A DNA stretch of 64,000 bases from Nostoc sp. (GCA_036918135.1 JBALDB010000005.1:64001-128000); one strand, 5' to 3'. Numbered from the stretch's first letter, positions 20,329-31,869 are shown. Notes: generated by a model from the letters alone, not told the origin. Numbers and translations are program-made.

Positions 20329-20356
20329 TGTAGAGACGGCGATTTATCGCGTCTCT
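20329..20356. repeat. REP-like palindrome of the GTAGAGACGCGAT..ATCGCGTCTCTAC type
   Basis: TGTAGAGACGGCGATTTATCGCGTCTCT; degenerate relatives near 16506, 20206 and 46444. Confidence 0.65.
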
Positions 20357-20366
20357 CTTGTTAGTT

Positions 20367-20489
20367 CACAACACAAGTCCGTTTGTCCACAACACAAGTC
20401 CGTTTGTCCACAACACAAGTCCATTCATCCACAACACAAGTCCGTTCGTCCACAATGCAAGTCCATTCGTCCACAACGCAAGTCCGTTC
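20367..20489. repeat. 21-nt tandem repeat, about 6 copies
   Basis: Unit CACAACACAAGTCCGTTYGTC at 20367, 20388, 20409, 20430, 20451 and 20472 (partial). Confidence 0.95.
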
Positions 20490-20636
20490 TCAACCATTTA
20501 TTCTCTTGCGTCGTGTAATTACTGGACTATTAATATAATTTTATTTAAAAAATATATTATTTTTGTAATTTTTACTGAACCGCTACATTGTCCCATTAAG
20601 ACACTTTAGAAAGATAGGTTTAGTAAAAAGTATCCA

Positions 20637-21032
20637 TTGATGACACGCAAAAAAAGAAGCTCTACCATTTTAGAAAAAACTGAACAGAAATTAATTGGAT
20701 TGAAATCGATTAATTCCAGCCTTGATTTTGGTGATTCCATCAGTTTAAACCATTTAACCGAATTAACCGGGCAACTCCGTAACGAGATTGACCAGTATAA
20801 TATAAAGCTAACTGACCTTGACACAGCAAAGGGAAAAATAGAAACCCTTGAAAAGGCCATTGGCGAAACATCAGAACGCTTAGTTAGTGGTGTGGTGTCG
20901 AGGTATGGCAAAGACAGCCGGGAATATGAAATGGCAGGCGGAGTACGCAAAAGCGACCGCATTCGTAAAGCCACCATTACGCGGATAAAATCCACCGCAG
21001 AGTTAAAAGCCGCTTCGACACAAACCGTGTAA
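20637..21032 (+). CDS. Conserved hypothetical coiled-coil protein
   Basis: 131 aa; basic N-terminus, coiled coil, YGKDSREYEMAGGVRKSDR motif that I recall from a widespread uncharacterised family. Confidence 0.85.
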   Translation: MMTRKKRSSTILEKTEQKLIGLKSINSSLDFGDSISLNHLTELTGQLRNEIDQYNIKLTDLDTAKGKIETLEKAIGETSERLVSGVVSRYGKDSREYEMAGGVRKSDRIRKATITRIKSTAELKAASTQTV

Positions 21033-21046
21033 CAACCAACAAATAG

Positions 21047-21070
21047 GCATCATTTACAGTCAATGATGCC
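21047..21070. terminator. Hairpin between convergent genes
   Basis: GGCATCATT-N6-AATGATGCC. Confidence 0.55.
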
Positions 21071-21116
21071 CATGTTAGTGTCTTTAATTTTGAATTTTGA
21101 ATTCTTAACCCCTGTT

Positions 21117-21704
21117 TTACTCCTCAATCAACTCAAAATCAATTCGTTCATAAATATCCCGCAAGCTCATTTGAAAATCAATAGAATCTAAGAGTAAAAC
21201 AGCCTCTTCACCTTCATATTCCTTAAAAATCCATTGCCCTTCTGTTTGCTTGGCAAATTGTTCCACTGCGAAACTATACTGGTCAATCATAATATATTCT
21301 TGAAAACCAGCAATTGAACGATAATATTTAAATTTGTCTGTTTTATTATAATTTATAGTTGAATTTGATAAAACTTCAACAATTAACAAAGGATTAGTAA
21401 TAATTGTTGTACCTGTTCCCTCATAAATAGGCTTACCTTTGACCACCATAACATCAGGATAAGTATAAATGCGATAACGAGGTATTACTAATTTCACATC
21501 GCCTATATATATGTCATAATTTTGTCCTTGTACTGTCAAGGGAAATTTTTTGTAAAAATTACCTGCAATTTTATTGTGATTAGTTGTTCCCCCCGCTATA
21601 GGTATAATTTCTCCATCTCTGTATTCATTTTTATATTCAGCTTTTTCTTCTAATTCCAAATATTCTTCTAGGGTGTAGGAACGTTTATCTGTTTGTAAAA
21701 CCAT
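21117..21704 (-). CDS. Uma2-family (DUF820) endonuclease-like protein
   Basis: YTLEEYLELEE, EYRDGEII, YPDVMVV, IVEVLSNST, EYIMIDQ. Confidence 0.92.
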   Translation of the reverse strand: MVLQTDKRSYTLEEYLELEEKAEYKNEYRDGEIIPIAGGTTNHNKIAGNFYKKFPLTVQGQNYDIYIGDVKLVIPRYRIYTYPDVMVVKGKPIYEGTGTTIITNPLLIVEVLSNSTINYNKTDKFKYYRSIAGFQEYIMIDQYSFAVEQFAKQTEGQWIFKEYEGEEAVLLLDSIDFQMSLRDIYERIDFELIEE

Positions 21705-21935
21705 ATTAATTAACTCGCAAAATGTGGCAATTGGTGTATTATCAATAGCGTAACGCACCCTTGTCTATTAAACGAAGTGGTAAACCTTAGAGACTTCGTT
21801 ATTATTCCATTAAATCATCTGCTGTAGGCTCACCTGGATAAAAGCGATCGCTTAAAATTCGTAATGATATTTCAGATAGAATTTTAATTCCTATCTGAAA
21901 CAGAACTACCTCCATAAACCCTAGATACAAACCCT

Positions 21936-22062
21936 CAGGACTTACGCAAAGGTGACATATTTCTGTCATTGCGAGCGAAGCGAAGCAATCTCATCAAGAC
22001 TAGGATTGCTTCACTACACTGCGTTTCGTCTGCAATGACCAATTATCGCTGCGTAAGTCCTG
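21936..22062. mobile_element. MITE with 13-bp perfect TIRs, 5-bp target duplication and internal hairpin
   Basis: CAGGACTTACGCA / TGCGTAAGTCCTG flanked by ACCCT on both sides (21931-21935, 22063-22067). Confidence 0.88.
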
Positions 22063-22087
22063 ACCCTTTTTAATTACGAATTACGAA

Positions 22088-23197
22088 TTAAAAAGTCACT
22101 ACACTCCGAATTGATTCACCTTTATGCATCAATTCAAAAGCATCATTAATTTGTTCAATGGGCATCACATGGGTAATTAAATCATCAATATTTATCTTAC
22201 CTTCCATATACCAATCAACAATTTTTGGCACATCAGTACGACCTTTTGCACCACCGAATGCCGTACCTTTCCAAACCCGTCCTGTTACTAATTGAAAAGG
22301 ACGAGTACTAATTTCTTCTCCAGCACCAGCGACACCAATAATTACACTCACACCCCAACCTTTGTGGCAGCATTCTAATGCTTGACGCATTATTTTTACA
22401 TTACCAATACATTCAAAACTGTAATCAGCACCGCCTTTTGTTAAATCAACCAAATAGGCAACTAAATCACCCTCTACTTCTTGGGGATTAACAAAGTGCG
22501 TCATGCCAAACTTTTCTGCTAAAGCGCGTTTGCTGGAATTAATATCCACCCCGACAATCATGTTTGCTCCCACCATCCGCGCCCCTTGGATGACATTTAA
22601 ACCAATACCACCCAAACCGAAAACCACCACATTTGCCCCAGGTTCCACCTTGGCTGTATTAATGACTGCACCAATACCAGTAGTCACACCACAGCCAATG
22701 TAACAAACCTTCTCAAACGGCGCATCTTCGCGGATTTTTGCTAAGGCAATTTCCGGCACTACTGTATAATTCGCAAAAGTAGATGTACCCATGTAATGAT
22801 GAATCATCTGCCCATCGATACTAAAGCGACTAGTGCCATCGGGCATAACACCGCGTGCTTGAGTTTGGCGAATAGCTTGACAGAGATTAGTTTTGAAGCT
22901 CAAACAGTATTCGCACTGACGGCATTCGGGGGTATATAAAGGAATTACACGATCCCCTGGTTTGAGACTGGTGACACCAGCGCCTACCTCAACCACCACA
23001 CCAGCACCTTCATGTCCCAAAATTGCCGGAAACAAACCTTCGGGGTCAACACCAGAAAGAGTATAGGCGTCGGTATGACAAATCCCAGTGGCTTTAATCT
23101 CGACTAATACTTCCCCAGGTTTTGGCCCAGATAGTTCAACGGTTTCAATAGTCAACGGCTTACCTGCGCTGTAAGCTACTGCTGCTTTAACTTGCAA
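22088..23197 (-). CDS. frmA: S-(hydroxymethyl)glutathione dehydrogenase (class III alcohol dehydrogenase)
   Basis: [18 protein letters not shown], Zn-binding Cys cluster, [23 protein letters not shown] start after GGAGG. Confidence 0.97.
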   Translation of the reverse strand: MQVKAAVAYSAGKPLTIETVELSGPKPGEVLVEIKATGICHTDAYTLSGVDPEGLFPAILGHEGAGVVVEVGAGVTSLKPGDRVIPLYTPECRQCEYCLSFKTNLCQAIRQTQARGVMPDGTSRFSIDGQMIHHYMGTSTFANYTVVPEIALAKIREDAPFEKVCYIGCGVTTGIGAVINTAKVEPGANVVVFGLGGIGLNVIQGARMVGANMIVGVDINSSKRALAEKFGMTHFVNPQEVEGDLVAYLVDLTKGGADYSFECIGNVKIMRQALECCHKGWGVSVIIGVAGAGEEISTRPFQLVTGRVWKGTAFGGAKGRTDVPKIVDWYMEGKINIDDLITHVMPIEQINDAFELMHKGESIRSVVTF

Positions 23198-23250
23198 CGT
23201 CAGCCCTCCTGTATTGTTTATCAATCAACTTATAATTTGAGTTTATATCG

Positions 23251-23430
23251 GGGGATGGGGACTGGGGACTAGGCAAACAGGAAGTGTGGGAGGTGTGGAA
23301 AGTGTGGGAGGTGTGGGAGGATGGGGAAGAAATCTTGCCCCCTCTCTCCCCATACTTCCCCATCCCCCCTCTCTCCCCACACTCCCCACACTCCCTCATC
23401 CCCCCTCATCTTCCCCAATCCCCAGTCACT
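23251..23430. repeat. STRR-type G-rich and C-rich inverted tracts
   Basis: GGGGACT and GTGTGGGAG runs followed by complementary CTCCCCACA/TCCCCA runs. Confidence 0.75.
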
Positions 23431-23578
23431 AATTTCCTTAAAACTTTGTAAAAATACCATTCTCTAGCTAGATTGGTTAAAGGCGGTAACAGTTATTTTG
23501 GTAACGATGTAAACTTGATGTCAGTACCAAACCCCAAGTAATTTGTCCACCCTCAATTAATAAATTTTGTCACAGCTT

Positions 23579-24862
23579 ATGAACCCTGCCCTAACACAAA
23601 TTGGCGCTCAAATGTCCAACCTGACTGGCGTCAGAGCAATCATGAAGGATATTATCGAAACATTACGAGCCGATTCAGGGCAGCAGTTTATTAATTTGAG
23701 TGCTGGTAACCCGCTGATTTTACCGGAGGTAGAACAGTTGTGGCGGGATTGCACTGCACAGCTTTTAGCTAGTCCAGAATATGGTGAGGTAGTTTGTCGC
23801 TACGGGTCAAGCCAAGGCTATGCACCATTAATTGAAGCGATCGCCAACGACTTTAATAAACGCTACGGGTTAAAATTAACCGATCGCAATATCTTTATCA
23901 CCCCCGGCAGTCAAACCCTCTATTTCTATGCTGCTAATGTATTTGGCGGCTACACTAGCAGCGGTCAGTTAAAACAAATCGTTTTGCCTCTGAGTCCTGA
24001 CTACACTGGTTATGGCGGTATCTGCTTGGAGCCAAAAGCCTTAGTCGCCTACAAACCAACTCTCGATATTGATGCAGCTGCTCACCGATTCAAATATCGC
24101 CCAGACTTCAGCCAACTATCGATTACTGAAAACACAGGTTGTGTCATCTTCTCCCGCCCCTGTAACCCCACTGGTAACGTCCTCAGTGACGATGAGGTGA
24201 AAAAGATTGCCGCCCTCACCTCGCCTTACAATCTGCCAATGCTAATTGACTCGGCTTACGCGCCTCCCTTCCCGTCATTGAACTTTACCGAAATGACCCC
24301 GGTGTTTGGCGATAATATTCTTCATTGCATGAGTTTATCGAAAGCAGGATTACCAGGAGAAAGAATTGGTATTGCCGTTGGGCATGAAAAGTGGATTGAG
24401 GTGCTAGAGTGTTTCCAGGCAAACGCAAGTCTGCATTCTTCACGTTATGGTCAAGCGATCGCAGCTCTGGCAATCAATTCTGGTGCTTTAGTAGAAATTT
24501 CTCAAACCGTGATTCGTCCCTTCTACCAAAATAAATTTACCGTTTTAGAAACCAGCTTAGAACAAGCAATGCCCAAGAATTTACCTTGGTTTCTCCATCG
24601 CGGTGAAGGAGCAATTTTTGCTTGGTTGTGGTTAGAAAATTTACCTATCACTGACTGGGAATTTTACCAACAACTCAAGCAAGTCGGTGTAATTATTGTA
24701 CCTGGAAGTAGCTTCTTCCCTGGTTTAGACGAAGAGTGGGCGCACAAGCACCAATGTTTCCGTATCAGCCTCACAGGCAGCGATGAAGAAATTGTCACTG
24801 CTATGCAACGTTTAGCTAAAGTAGCCGAAGAAGCTTATCAGCGTGCGGCTGTGAGTGTGTGA
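23579..24862 (+). CDS. avtA: Valine-pyruvate aminotransferase
   Basis: NLSAGNP, SRPCNPTGNV, IDSAYAPPFP, SLSKAGLPGERIG, EGAIFAWLW. Confidence 0.92.
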   Translation: MNPALTQIGAQMSNLTGVRAIMKDIIETLRADSGQQFINLSAGNPLILPEVEQLWRDCTAQLLASPEYGEVVCRYGSSQGYAPLIEAIANDFNKRYGLKLTDRNIFITPGSQTLYFYAANVFGGYTSSGQLKQIVLPLSPDYTGYGGICLEPKALVAYKPTLDIDAAAHRFKYRPDFSQLSITENTGCVIFSRPCNPTGNVLSDDEVKKIAALTSPYNLPMLIDSAYAPPFPSLNFTEMTPVFGDNILHCMSLSKAGLPGERIGIAVGHEKWIEVLECFQANASLHSSRYGQAIAALAINSGALVEISQTVIRPFYQNKFTVLETSLEQAMPKNLPWFLHRGEGAIFAWLWLENLPITDWEFYQQLKQVGVIIVPGSSFFPGLDEEWAHKHQCFRISLTGSDEEIVTAMQRLAKVAEEAYQRAAVSV

Positions 24863-24909
24863 GCGGGAAAATGGGGAGATAGGGGAGAAAAACTGATGAC
24901 TAATGACTA

Positions 24910-25497
24910 ATGACTAGTGACAAATCCGATGATTGGTTAGAAATTGGTAAGATTGTTGCACCTCAAGGATTGTCTGGGGAAGTACGAGTTTATCCTGACT
25001 CCGACTTCCCCGAACGATTTGAAGTACCGGGAAAACGTTGGTTGTTGCGTCCTGGTGACACAGAACCGCAACCAATAGAATTATTGGCAGGACGTTATAT
25101 CAGTAACAAAAACTTGTATGTTATCAAACTAGCTGGTATAGAAAATTGCAATCAGGCAGAAGCGTTGCGCGGTTGTAAGTTAATGGTGCTAGCGAGCGAT
25201 CGCCCCCAGTTAGGCGAAAATGAATATCATGTCCTCGATTTAATTGGTTTGCAAGTCTTTATGCAAGTATCTGGCGAACTCGTCGGTACGGTAGTAGATA
25301 TCATCCCTGCCGGCAATGATTTGTTAGAAGTAGAATTGCACCCATCTTTTACCACTGACAAAGGACAAATGACAAAAGACAAAGGACAAAAGACTGTTTT
25401 GATTCCTTTTGTAGAAGCGATCGCTCCAGTGGTAGACTTGCAATCTGGTCGCATTGAAATTACCCCACCACTTGGATTATTAGAAATTAATAATTAG
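24910..25497 (+). CDS. rimM: 16S rRNA processing protein RimM
   Basis: [42 protein letters not shown]. Confidence 0.95.
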   Translation: MTSDKSDDWLEIGKIVAPQGLSGEVRVYPDSDFPERFEVPGKRWLLRPGDTEPQPIELLAGRYISNKNLYVIKLAGIENCNQAEALRGCKLMVLASDRPQLGENEYHVLDLIGLQVFMQVSGELVGTVVDIIPAGNDLLEVELHPSFTTDKGQMTKDKGQKTVLIPFVEAIAPVVDLQSGRIEITPPLGLLEINN

Positions 25498-25617
25498 GTT
25501 GTCCCTGAATCTACCTCCAGGTAGTTTCACTGAACAGAATACTTTAACTAGAAGCAAAGCTTAAGGTATGAGAAAATCAGAATACACACTCTATTTATTA
25601 ATTTAGGAAATTCGGCA

Positions 25618-25871
25618 ATGCCAGAAAAACTAACAGTAACTATTCACAAACAACTGCTGGAAATATTGTCCCAATTGCCTTTATCTTCTCAAAAAGAAGT
25701 ATTATATTTTGCTATCTCTCTTCAGAAAAAAAACTAATTCAGCAATGGGATACTATTTCTGATATTGAGGCTGCTGCACTGAAAACTGAGTTTGCTAATG
25801 AAGATTTAGCTTTTGCAGAATCTGTTTTAACTGATTATCTCCCCCAACTTCAGCAAGAGGATGCAGTTTGA
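25618..25871 (+). pseudogene. Putative antitoxin, frameshifted in an A8 tract
   Basis: MPEKLTV...SLQKKN* continues in another frame as LIQQWDTISD...EDLAFAESVLTDYLPQLQQEDAV*. Its TGA overlaps the toxin ATG (TGATG). Confidence 0.75.
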
Positions 25872-26218
25872 TGCGAGGAGATGTTTATTTAGCTGATTTG
25901 AATCCGAGTCGAGGTTCAGAGCAAGCAGGTATCCGACCAGTCATTCTTGTTCAGCGAGATAGAATATCTCAATTTACAACAACATCTGTAGTAGTTCCTT
26001 TAACTACTAATCTGCGACGCACTACTATACCACGGACAATTGTCTTCCCTTCAGGTGAAGGTGGTTTAACGCAAGAGTCAGTGGCGCTTTCTTATCAAAT
26101 TGTTGTTATCGATAGCCAGCGATTAATCAGAAAATTAGGAACTCTTTCTCCTAATTATTTATTAATGCTAAAAGTAGCATCACAGTACACTTTAGAACTA
26201 GATGATTATGATGAATAA
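25871..26218 (+). CDS. PemK/MazF-family toxin
   Basis: RGDVYLADLNPSRGSEQAGIRPVILVQ, VVVPLTT, GGLTQESVAL, RLIRKLGTL. Confidence 0.93.
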   Translation: MRGDVYLADLNPSRGSEQAGIRPVILVQRDRISQFTTTSVVVPLTTNLRRTTIPRTIVFPSGEGGLTQESVALSYQIVVIDSQRLIRKLGTLSPNYLLMLKVASQYTLELDDYDE

Positions 26219-26228
26219 AATGCATATA

Positions 26229-26379
26229 TATAGGAGTCCGATTTGATTTATGAAAAAATTTAAGTATCTGTAAGGTCTGTTATGACGTAGCCTAACGCAC
26301 CTAAATCGTCAACTGGTGTGTTAGCCTTTGGCGTAACGTACCCTACGTGTATTTTAGAAATAAAATATGAGTTTTATAT
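26229..26379. mobile_element. Degenerate MITE with internal palindromic repeats
   Basis: Imperfect ends TATAGGAGTCCGATTTGATTTATGAAA / TTTTAGAAATAAAATATGAGTTTTATA. Confidence 0.55.
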
Positions 26380-26542
26380 AATATGAATCAACAGCGAATG
26401 CTCTCCATCCGTGCCCAAAGCCAAGCAATTTAGCTACAAAGGCTAGAAAAATTCATCATGGGTTAGATGGCCATCATCTGGGAAACAAGTAAAATTACTT
26501 ACTGATGAATCCGTCAAAATCCTTTTGTAATGGAGTGTCGAA

Positions 26543-28924
26543 ATGACATTAGCAACGCCTCCACAAACAAAGCCTTTAACAGATGAAGAATTACGGAAGA
26601 TTAACGCCTACTGGCGTGCAGCTAATTATCTTTCTGTCGGGCAAATATATCTCCTCGACAATCCGCTACTGAGAGAACCGCTAAAAATAGAACACGTTAA
26701 ACCCAGGCTTTTGGGTCACTGGGGAACAACACCAGGGCTGAACTTCATTTATGTTCACCTAAATCGGGTTATCAAAAAATATGACCTCAACACGATCTAC
26801 ATTGCTGGGCCTGGTCATGGAGGCCCCGGACTGGTAGCCAACACCTACCTAGAAGGCACTTACAGCAAGTACTACCAGAACATCTCCCAAGATGCTGAGG
26901 GAATGCAGAAACTCTTCAAACAATTCTCTTTCCCTGGTGGTATTCCCAGCCACGTCGCACCGGAAACTCCTGGTTCTATCCACGAAGGTGGGGAACTAGG
27001 TTATGCCCTTGTCCATGCTTACGGTGCTGCATTTGATAACCCAGACTTGATTGTTGCTGCTGTTGTTGGTGATGGAGAAGCCGAAACTGGTGCTTTAGCT
27101 ACTAGCTGGCACTCCAACAAGTTTCTTGACCCCGTGCGTGATGGTGCGGTACTGCCAATTCTACATCTGAATGGATATAAAATTGCCAATCCAACAGTAC
27201 TAGCACGGATCAGCCATGAAGAATTGGAGAGTTTATTTGTAGGCTACGGCTATAAACCATACTTTGTAGAAGGTGACAATCCTGCAGATGTTCACCAACA
27301 AATGGCGACGACTCTAGATACAGTCATCGCCGAAATTCAAAGTATCCAAAGAGAAGCCCGCGTACATGGTTTCACCGAACGCCCCCAGTGGCCGATGATT
27401 ATCATGCGAACCCCCAAAGGTTGGACAGGGCCCAAGGAAGTGGATGGCAAAAAAACCGAAGGTTATTGGCGATCGCACCAAGTTCCCTTTGGCAACATAG
27501 GCAAACAGCCACAACACCTGAAACTTCTACAAGATTGGATGAAGAGTTATAAACCAGAAGAACTCTTCGACAGCAATGGTAAGCTGATTGAGGAACTAGC
27601 AGAACTAGCTCCCAAAGGACATCGCCGCATGGGTGACAATCCCCATGCCAACGGTGGTATCTTACTGTGCGACCTGAAGATGCCGGATTTTCGAGACTAT
27701 GCCGTAGATGTTCCCGAACCAGGTAAAGCGATCGCCGAAGCGACCAAAGTTGCTGCAAGACTTCTGCGGGATATTATGCAACTTAACGAAGAAACACGCA
27801 ATTTCCGCATCTTCGGCCCAGATGAAACGGTATCCAATCGTCTGGATGCTGTGCTTGAGGTCACAAACCGGACTTGGGTAGCCGAGATTCTCTCAGAAGA
27901 TGACCATCTTTCCCCCGACGGTCGGGTGATGGAAGTCCTCAGCGAAACTTCTTGTCAAGGATGGTTAGAAGGCTACCTGCTCACAGGTCGCCACGGCTTT
28001 TTCTCCTGTTATGAGGCATTCATCCACATCATTGACTCCATGTTCAACCAACACGCCAAATGGTTGAAAACTACCAGACACATTCCCTGGCGTAGACCAA
28101 TTGCTTCGCTCAATTACCTCCTTTCCTCTCACGTTTGGCGACAAGACCACAACGGTTTTTCTCACCAAGACCCCGGTTTTATCGACCATGTGGTTAATAA
28201 GAAAGCAGAAATCGTTCGCGTATATTTGCCCCCGGATGCCAATACTCTGCTATCCGTAACCGACCATTGCTTGAGAAGCCGCAACTATGTCAACGTCATT
28301 GTTGCTGGAAAGCAACCAGCCTTGCAATACCTCAACATGGATGCTGCTATCAAGCACTGCACTAAAGGCATCAGTATTTGGGAATGGGCAAGCAACGACC
28401 AAGGCGGGGAACCAGATGTAGTGATGGCTTGTGCTGGAGATATTCCTACCTTAGAAACCTTAGCGGCTGTGGACATTCTGCGCCAGCACTTCCCTGATTT
28501 AAAGGTGCGAGTAGTGAACGTAGTTGATTTGATGACACTACAGCCAAAAAGCGAACATCCTCACGGTTTGAGCGAAAAAGATTTTGACACAATTTTCACC
28601 ACCGATAAACACATTATCTTTGCGTTTCATGGCTATCCTTGGTTGATTCATCGCCTTACCTATCGCCACACCAACCATGAGCAGCTGCATGTACGTGGTT
28701 ACAAGGAAGAAGGAACTACTACCACCCCCTTTGATATGGTTGTTCTTAACGAACTCGACCGCTTCCATTTAGTGATGGACGTAATTGAGCGGGTACCACA
28801 ATTAGGATACAGGGCAGCTTATGTCAAGCAGCACTTGCAAGATAAGCTAATCGAACACAAGCAATACATCCAGAAGTACGGCGACGATATGCCGGAAATT
28901 CGTGACTGGAAGTGGCCGTATTAA
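26543..28924 (+). CDS. xfp: Phosphoketolase (XFP family)
   Basis: [46 protein letters not shown]. Confidence 0.98.
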   Translation: MTLATPPQTKPLTDEELRKINAYWRAANYLSVGQIYLLDNPLLREPLKIEHVKPRLLGHWGTTPGLNFIYVHLNRVIKKYDLNTIYIAGPGHGGPGLVANTYLEGTYSKYYQNISQDAEGMQKLFKQFSFPGGIPSHVAPETPGSIHEGGELGYALVHAYGAAFDNPDLIVAAVVGDGEAETGALATSWHSNKFLDPVRDGAVLPILHLNGYKIANPTVLARISHEELESLFVGYGYKPYFVEGDNPADVHQQMATTLDTVIAEIQSIQREARVHGFTERPQWPMIIMRTPKGWTGPKEVDGKKTEGYWRSHQVPFGNIGKQPQHLKLLQDWMKSYKPEELFDSNGKLIEELAELAPKGHRRMGDNPHANGGILLCDLKMPDFRDYAVDVPEPGKAIAEATKVAARLLRDIMQLNEETRNFRIFGPDETVSNRLDAVLEVTNRTWVAEILSEDDHLSPDGRVMEVLSETSCQGWLEGYLLTGRHGFFSCYEAFIHIIDSMFNQHAKWLKTTRHIPWRRPIASLNYLLSSHVWRQDHNGFSHQDPGFIDHVVNKKAEIVRVYLPPDANTLLSVTDHCLRSRNYVNVIVAGKQPALQYLNMDAAIKHCTKGISIWEWASNDQGGEPDVVMACAGDIPTLETLAAVDILRQHFPDLKVRVVNVVDLMTLQPKSEHPHGLSEKDFDTIFTTDKHIIFAFHGYPWLIHRLTYRHTNHEQLHVRGYKEEGTTTTPFDMVVLNELDRFHLVMDVIERVPQLGYRAAYVKQHLQDKLIEHKQYIQKYGDDMPEIRDWKWPY

Positions 28925-29027
28925 GAGCAAACAAGGGAGACAAGGTAAAATTTTCTTTCTTGTCTTCCTATGTGCTTTGTTTCATTTTTTGGACAAGTAT
29001 AGCAGGAGGCAGAGGGCAGTTCTTGCT

Positions 29028-29106
29028 GAGGGCAGGAGGTAGAAACTCTTTATATCTGATAAATCAGTCCTGCATTTTGTACCTCACTTACTTGCAATCT
29101 GCTGTA
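29028..29106. mobile_element. Partial inverted copy of the MITE at 9637-9764
   Basis: GGCAGGAGGTAGAAACTCTTTATATCTGAT...CTTGCAATCTGCTGTA is the near-exact reverse complement of about 9637-9715. Confidence 0.8.
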
Positions 29107-29125
29107 ATTTATTTCTTAAAATTCC

Positions 29126-29899
29126 CTAACCGAAATTACTGCTGCCACCGACTTGAGTTGCTCCTTCAGATGCAGGGGGGTGATAAGTCATAGATTGTAA
29201 CCCCAAGCGACCAGGGCCAATAAAGCGGTTAAGCGTAAATGAAATGCCACCCAGCATCACCCCAATTGCTCCTAAGAAGCCGCCACTAGATTGCAAGGCG
29301 GTCACCGTCTCCATCTTGACTGATGAGTCTTTCCATAGCCATGCTCCTGGTTCTACATCCAACACCTCTCCAGGAGCAAGGTACTTTTCAAAAACATTGC
29401 CGTAACCGTGGATTAGAAGCAGCCCCCCTTGTTGCTGTCCGATGAAGCGATCGATAAATAATCCACCACTACGGCTAAAAAAGAGGTTCGCCAGTCCTCG
29501 CTGGAAAAAGAAACTGTACTCAATATTACTGGTAGCTAGCAAAAACTGGTGTTCGCGTACATCCACTGTCTGTCCGCGCTCTAATTGCAACACTACAATC
29601 TGTCCTGGTGCCTCACGAGAGAAAGCGATATTTCCTGGGCCGTGTGCTTCACTGATGAAAATTTGCAGTCCAGCAAAGAAACGCTTGGCTGCCCCTTTTA
29701 AACCTTTGACACCAAGACGAACATTGGGATGTTTCCACAGTAAAATATGATGTTCAAAGTAAATTGATTGCTGTTGCCCTAAATGGACATCTACTACAGG
29801 TACTACTTCTCCTTCGATTCTTAAACTTAAGTCACCTGAATGAAAGGTTTGTTGGGGATTTCTCAATTCTGGTATCAGTTCACTATTAAAGTCAGACAT
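29126..29899 (-). CDS. AIM24-family protein
   Basis: FISEAHGPGNIAFS, GGLFIDRFIG, LLIHGYG, FIGPGRLGLQSM pattern. Confidence 0.85.
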   Translation of the reverse strand: MSDFNSELIPELRNPQQTFHSGDLSLRIEGEVVPVVDVHLGQQQSIYFEHHILLWKHPNVRLGVKGLKGAAKRFFAGLQIFISEAHGPGNIAFSREAPGQIVVLQLERGQTVDVREHQFLLATSNIEYSFFFQRGLANLFFSRSGGLFIDRFIGQQQGGLLLIHGYGNVFEKYLAPGEVLDVEPGAWLWKDSSVKMETVTALQSSGGFLGAIGVMLGGISFTLNRFIGPGRLGLQSMTYHPPASEGATQVGGSSNFG

Positions 29900-30207
29900 A
29901 GTATCATCTCGCTAATAGTTTTTAGGAAAATTACTGAGTTTATTATATATAGCAACATCATTAACAGGATTACCACAGACGCTATAGAACTTGTTATCGA
30001 GTAGGTTTTGATGGTTGCAATAGGGACAGAAATTTGTTGTTGCAGGTATATTAACTTACAATTATTTTTCTTACCTTCTTTCTAACAGTCGTATTTGCAT
30101 AATTTTTTAACTTTGCACTAAAACTACTTCAATCTACTTAATGCATCAAATGCTACCTACTTTCATGGTTAGCGTTAGGATAGCTATGTGTTTTTTGAAG
30201 TATAAAT

Positions 30208-31869
30208 ATGGTTCAAACTTTTTACGTAAATCCAGTAGCAGGCAGTGATACCAACTCTGGTAGCCAACAAGCCCCATTCAAAACTATTACCCAAGCCTTG
30301 AAGGTAGCTAAAGTAGATACTAAAATTCAACTAGCAGATGGTAGTTACAATGCTGCTAGCGGTGAAGTCTTTCCGCTAACGATTCCATCTGGGGTGACAG
30401 TGGTGGGTAATGAAGCCAACAAAGGTAATGGCATTTTGATTGAAGGGAGTGGTAATTATCTGAGTCGGACTTTTGCTGGTCAAAATGTTACCTTTGTACT
30501 GTTAGATAAAGCGGAACTTCGGGGAGTAACTGTAACAAATTTAGCTACCCGTGGTAGTGGTGTCTGGGTCGAATCAACTGCCCCTACTGTTGCTAATAGT
30601 ACGTTCACTCAATGTAAGCGCGAGGGAGTATTTGCTACAGGCGATGCTAACCCAGTTATTCTAGGTAATGTGTTCAGTGAGAATGCAGCCAATGGAATTG
30701 CGATCGCTAAAAATTCCCAAGGTCAAATTCAAGGAAATACTTTCTTCAAAACAGGTTTTGGCATTGCCATTAGTGATACTGCATCACCCATACTTCGAGA
30801 TAACAAAATTTCTCAAAACCGTTCTGGAATAGTCATCTCTGGTAGTGCCCGTCCGGTGTTGCGTAATAATCTGAGTGAAAATAACACTGATGATGGTCTA
30901 ACTATAATTGCAAGTGCTTTACCGGATATCGGTACTATCAATAATCCAGGGGGTAACACTCTACGCAATAACGGTAAATTTGATTTGCAAAATGCCAGTT
31001 CCAACAAGCTGGTTTCTGTAGGAAATACAATAGATCCCACTAAAGTTACTGGAAAGGTAGAATTTGCAGATAGTTCGGTTCCTACACCGACACCAACGCC
31101 AACACCAACTCCCACGCCAACTCCAACACCAACTCCCACGCCAACACCAACTCCAACTCCAACGCCAACTCCAACTCCAACACCTACGCCAACTCCAACT
31201 CCAACACCTACGCCAACTCCAACTCCAACACCTACGCCAACTCCCACTCCTACGCCAACCCCAACACCAACTCCAACTCCCACGCCTACTATTGAATTAA
31301 CTGATATTACTAATCATTGGGCAGGTACATTTATTCGGGAATTAGTCAAATTGGGGATAGTAAACGGTTTCCCCGATCGCACATTTAAACCTGATGCTAC
31401 AATGACACGGGCGCAATACGCAGCATTACTAGTAAAAGCTTTCAACCCATCGCCAAACCGCCCAGTTACCAAATTTAAAGATGTACCAGCAGATTTCTGG
31501 GCATCTAAGGTAATTCAACAAGCATATCAAGGTTTATTTCTCTCTGGTTTTCCGGACAATACTTTTGGCCCCAACAAAAATATCCAGCGCGTGCAAGTGA
31601 TTGTCTCTCTGGTGAATGGATTGGGATTATCTGGTAATGGTACAGCAACCGTCAAAACTTTTGATGACCAAGCAAAGATTCCTGATTACGCTAAGGATGA
31701 AGTCATTAAGGCTATTCAAAAAGAGATTATCGTTAATTACCCTAATCTCAAACAACTCAATCCTACCCGTGATGCAACGCGTGCTGAGGTAGCTGTAATG
31801 GTATACCAAGCTTTGGTAGATGCTGGTCGTCTAGTAGCGATTGACTCACCTTATATTGTGGCTGCGTAA
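30208..31869 (+). CDS. DUF1565 beta-helix + PT linker + S-layer homology domain protein
   Basis: [10 protein letters not shown]....PFKTITQAL, pectin-lyase-like repeats, about 35 PT repeats, three SLH repeats (GFPDRTFKP...TRAQYA, TRAEVA). Confidence 0.9.
   Translation: MVQTFYVNPVAGSDTNSGSQQAPFKTITQALKVAKVDTKIQLADGSYNAASGEVFPLTIPSGVTVVGNEANKGNGILIEGSGNYLSRTFAGQNVTFVLLDKAELRGVTVTNLATRGSGVWVESTAPTVANSTFTQCKREGVFATGDANPVILGNVFSENAANGIAIAKNSQGQIQGNTFFKTGFGIAISDTASPILRDNKISQNRSGIVISGSARPVLRNNLSENNTDDGLTIIASALPDIGTINNPGGNTLRNNGKFDLQNASSNKLVSVGNTIDPTKVTGKVEFADSSVPTPTPTPTPTPTPTPTPTPTPTPTPTPTPTPTPTPTPTPTPTPTPTPTPTPTPTPTPTPTPTPTPTPTPTIELTDITNHWAGTFIRELVKLGIVNGFPDRTFKPDATMTRAQYAALLVKAFNPSPNRPVTKFKDVPADFWASKVIQQAYQGLFLSGFPDNTFGPNKNIQRVQVIVSLVNGLGLSGNGTATVKTFDDQAKIPDYAKDEVIKAIQKEIIVNYPNLKQLNPTRDATRAEVAVMVYQALVDAGRLVAIDSPYIVAA
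31081..31290 (+). repeat. Coding hexamer repeat encoding (Pro-Thr)n
   Basis: CCNACN repeated about 35 times. Confidence 0.95.

Noticed and set aside
20367..20489. CRISPR array
   Set aside because: Repeats are contiguous with no unique spacers, and no cas genes are present in the window.
20358..20609. 83-aa ORF (HNTSPFV)n
   Set aside because: Repeat translation with a TTG start and no evident RBS.
23187..23460. Short ORFs between frmA and avtA
   Set aside because: Translations of STRR tracts.
30813..31283. (GV)n ORF and overlapping Gln-rich ORF
   Set aside because: Alternative frames of the Pro-Thr linker.
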